NCBI RefSeq assembly: GCF_032444005.1
Contig: NC_091284.1
Span: 838,736,001 to 838,800,000 of the forward strand
Reading direction: 5' to 3'
Length of the DNA: 64,000 bases
Origin: Ranitomeya imitator
Taxonomy: Eukaryota
In this document: positions 62,531 to 64,000 of the stretch, in pieces
How positions within the stretch are numbered: the stretch's first letter is position 1
How the letters are laid out: every line of letters starts with the position of its first letter
The notes under the pieces: model-generated
Told to the model about the DNA's origin: nothing
Databases searched by the model: none
The model's input: the letters and a program-made list of their open reading frames with translations, nothing else
Translations under genes and position numbers: made by a program

Positions 62531-63781
62531 TAGGGATATGGAGGTTATGCTTCTTCCCCTCTGGTCATGTTAATTGAGGAGTCCAACAGCTGTTGACTAT
62601 ATGAGCATGTAACAGAGAATAGAGTTGAGTAAGCAGATTTTCGGGACACTCGTCCACCACATATATGGTCCTTATGGTCACTCGAGTAGAGCACTATATA
62701 CTTTCTACTACGGTGCATCTTCTGATGAGTAGGCCACTGTGATTTCATTACACTGCAATGCCACTTATAAAGATGTTGTGGCGATCTACTAATCAGAAGT
62801 GGTGCAGGGGATGGCGTGGGAAGTAGGGGTTCTCGGTGCTCTACTCCAGTGGCCATGGAAAACAGGCTGCTGGATCAGGATCCTGCTAAACTTGTTACGC
62901 TACTCTAGCTGACACACTTGGACAACTGAACCCTTGAATACCCACAATAACTTGACAATCATTAATTACATAAACCGTTTTCATGGATGATGAATCAAAG
63001 ATGCTACAAATGAACATTTGGTCGAGGAGAGCAGTGGGACAATGGTCAGCAGATCTTCTGGGATAGACTCAGTCAACATGGTGAGACATGGAAGAACCGG
63101 CCTTCGACTTGAGAACTATTTGGTTGTTTGAGTCTCCTCTACAGCCTTGTTGTCTCCAGTTACTTTCTCTATATGTCTTCTCCAGGAAGCATTATGGTTT
63201 GATTGAGTGCACAATGGCTTTAATTTAGATGAAGATATTTACGGTACATACTCTTATAATGAGGTAATGCATAATGGGACTGAAGAAGACGTACCGAGCA
63301 GAGAATCCAGTAATTGGCCAAGTCTTATTATGGAAAACATACCTAGCACACTACTTAAATAGTACGGTAAGACTGATCCATTACTTCTCCACTAAAGGCA
63401 CACAACCAGGTTGGACATATTGGGCCTTGCACATCCATGATGATTCATTGACAATGTTCCATGTTTTTCCCAGTAATTAGCTTTTTCCATGATGATAGTA
63501 TGGTTTAGTTGTAGCCTGGTGGCTCTATATGTTGTAGAAAAGGTTTTAGGCACCCATCCATTGAACGTGTTAACCACCTTGGACTGGAGAACTCCCCACT
63601 ATCAAAACCTTTTCTGACAATGTATCTCAGACGGTTCCCGCGATTAGTCTGACCCTTTGGAGGGCCGTATGATGAGACTGGATGGGCGGTGATGTGAAGC
63701 TGTAGCTAGACAGACCTGGTTAGGCAATTGATTTTCGGGATTAGCAATGGCTGGAAACACTTCATCCACGTGCAAGCCCAC

Positions 63782-64000
63782 TCAGATCGCCTTTCCTATT
63801 ATTAGCACACTCATGATGAACACCATGAAGAAGAACACCCACATGAAGAACCGGTCCATCACCTTGGCTACTTTTTTCCATTCCCCGGTCCGTTTTTGCG
63901 CTGCCTTTTGCTCTCTGAAGCAGCTGGCCATATATTCAATGTTTTTCAGCAGACGTTCATTGTGGCACAGACATTGTAACTTGGGGCACTCACCGCACCC
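63782..64000 (-). CDS. CHRNA10: Last coding exon (partial) of neuronal nicotinic acetylcholine receptor alpha10: MA helix + TM4
   Basis: My translation: [72 protein letters not shown]. The alpha9/alpha10 family is clear; KRTGEW..VMDR and the GKAx ending favour non-mammalian alpha10 over alpha9. Confidence 0.8.
   Translation of the reverse strand, partial: GCGECPKLQCLCHNERLLKNIEYMASCFREQKAAQKRTGEWKKVAKVMDRFFMWVFFFMVFIMSVLIIGKAI

Noticed and set aside
62900-63600. Possible L1 ORF2 remnant downstream of the CHRNA10 stop
   Set aside because: Faint resemblance only, with many stops; boundaries cannot be supported.

Overview
Eukaryotic (vertebrate) genomic DNA, most likely from an anuran amphibian. 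That assignment is inferred from the repeat landscape and a non-mammalian-type nAChR alpha10 C-terminus. The window is mostly nested transposable elements and minisatellites; I found no rRNA, tRNA gene or CRISPR array. Host-gene content is small: the last coding exon of a nicotinic receptor alpha9/alpha10 subunit (most likely CHRNA10, minus strand, 63782-64000, runs off the window) and a candidate plus-strand terminal exon encoding a GPI-anchor-like signal (47045-47145), which would fit the convergent ART1/CHRNA10 arrangement known from mammals. The repeats are: a decayed Tx1-type LINE with large in-frame tandem expansions in ORF1, four related solo LTRs, hAT/Harbinger-like MITEs, an L2 fragment, a V-SINE, two Gypsy remnants (one Gmr1-type, integrase before RT), several Tc1 copies and a TTAA piggyBac-like non-autonomous element. 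The most interesting signal comes from Penelope-like elements (PLEs). A large inverted PLE pair carries hammerhead-ribozyme motifs with a compensatory G3:C8 core swap. A ~440-bp non-coding hairpin element with canonical hammerheads sits inside a degenerate telomere-like array. A third, decayed hammerhead is also present. All three families share a hammerhead-A-rich/AATAAA-GAGTGC 3' skeleton. Ribozyme folds and all TE family calls are by-eye motif recognition and have not been computed.
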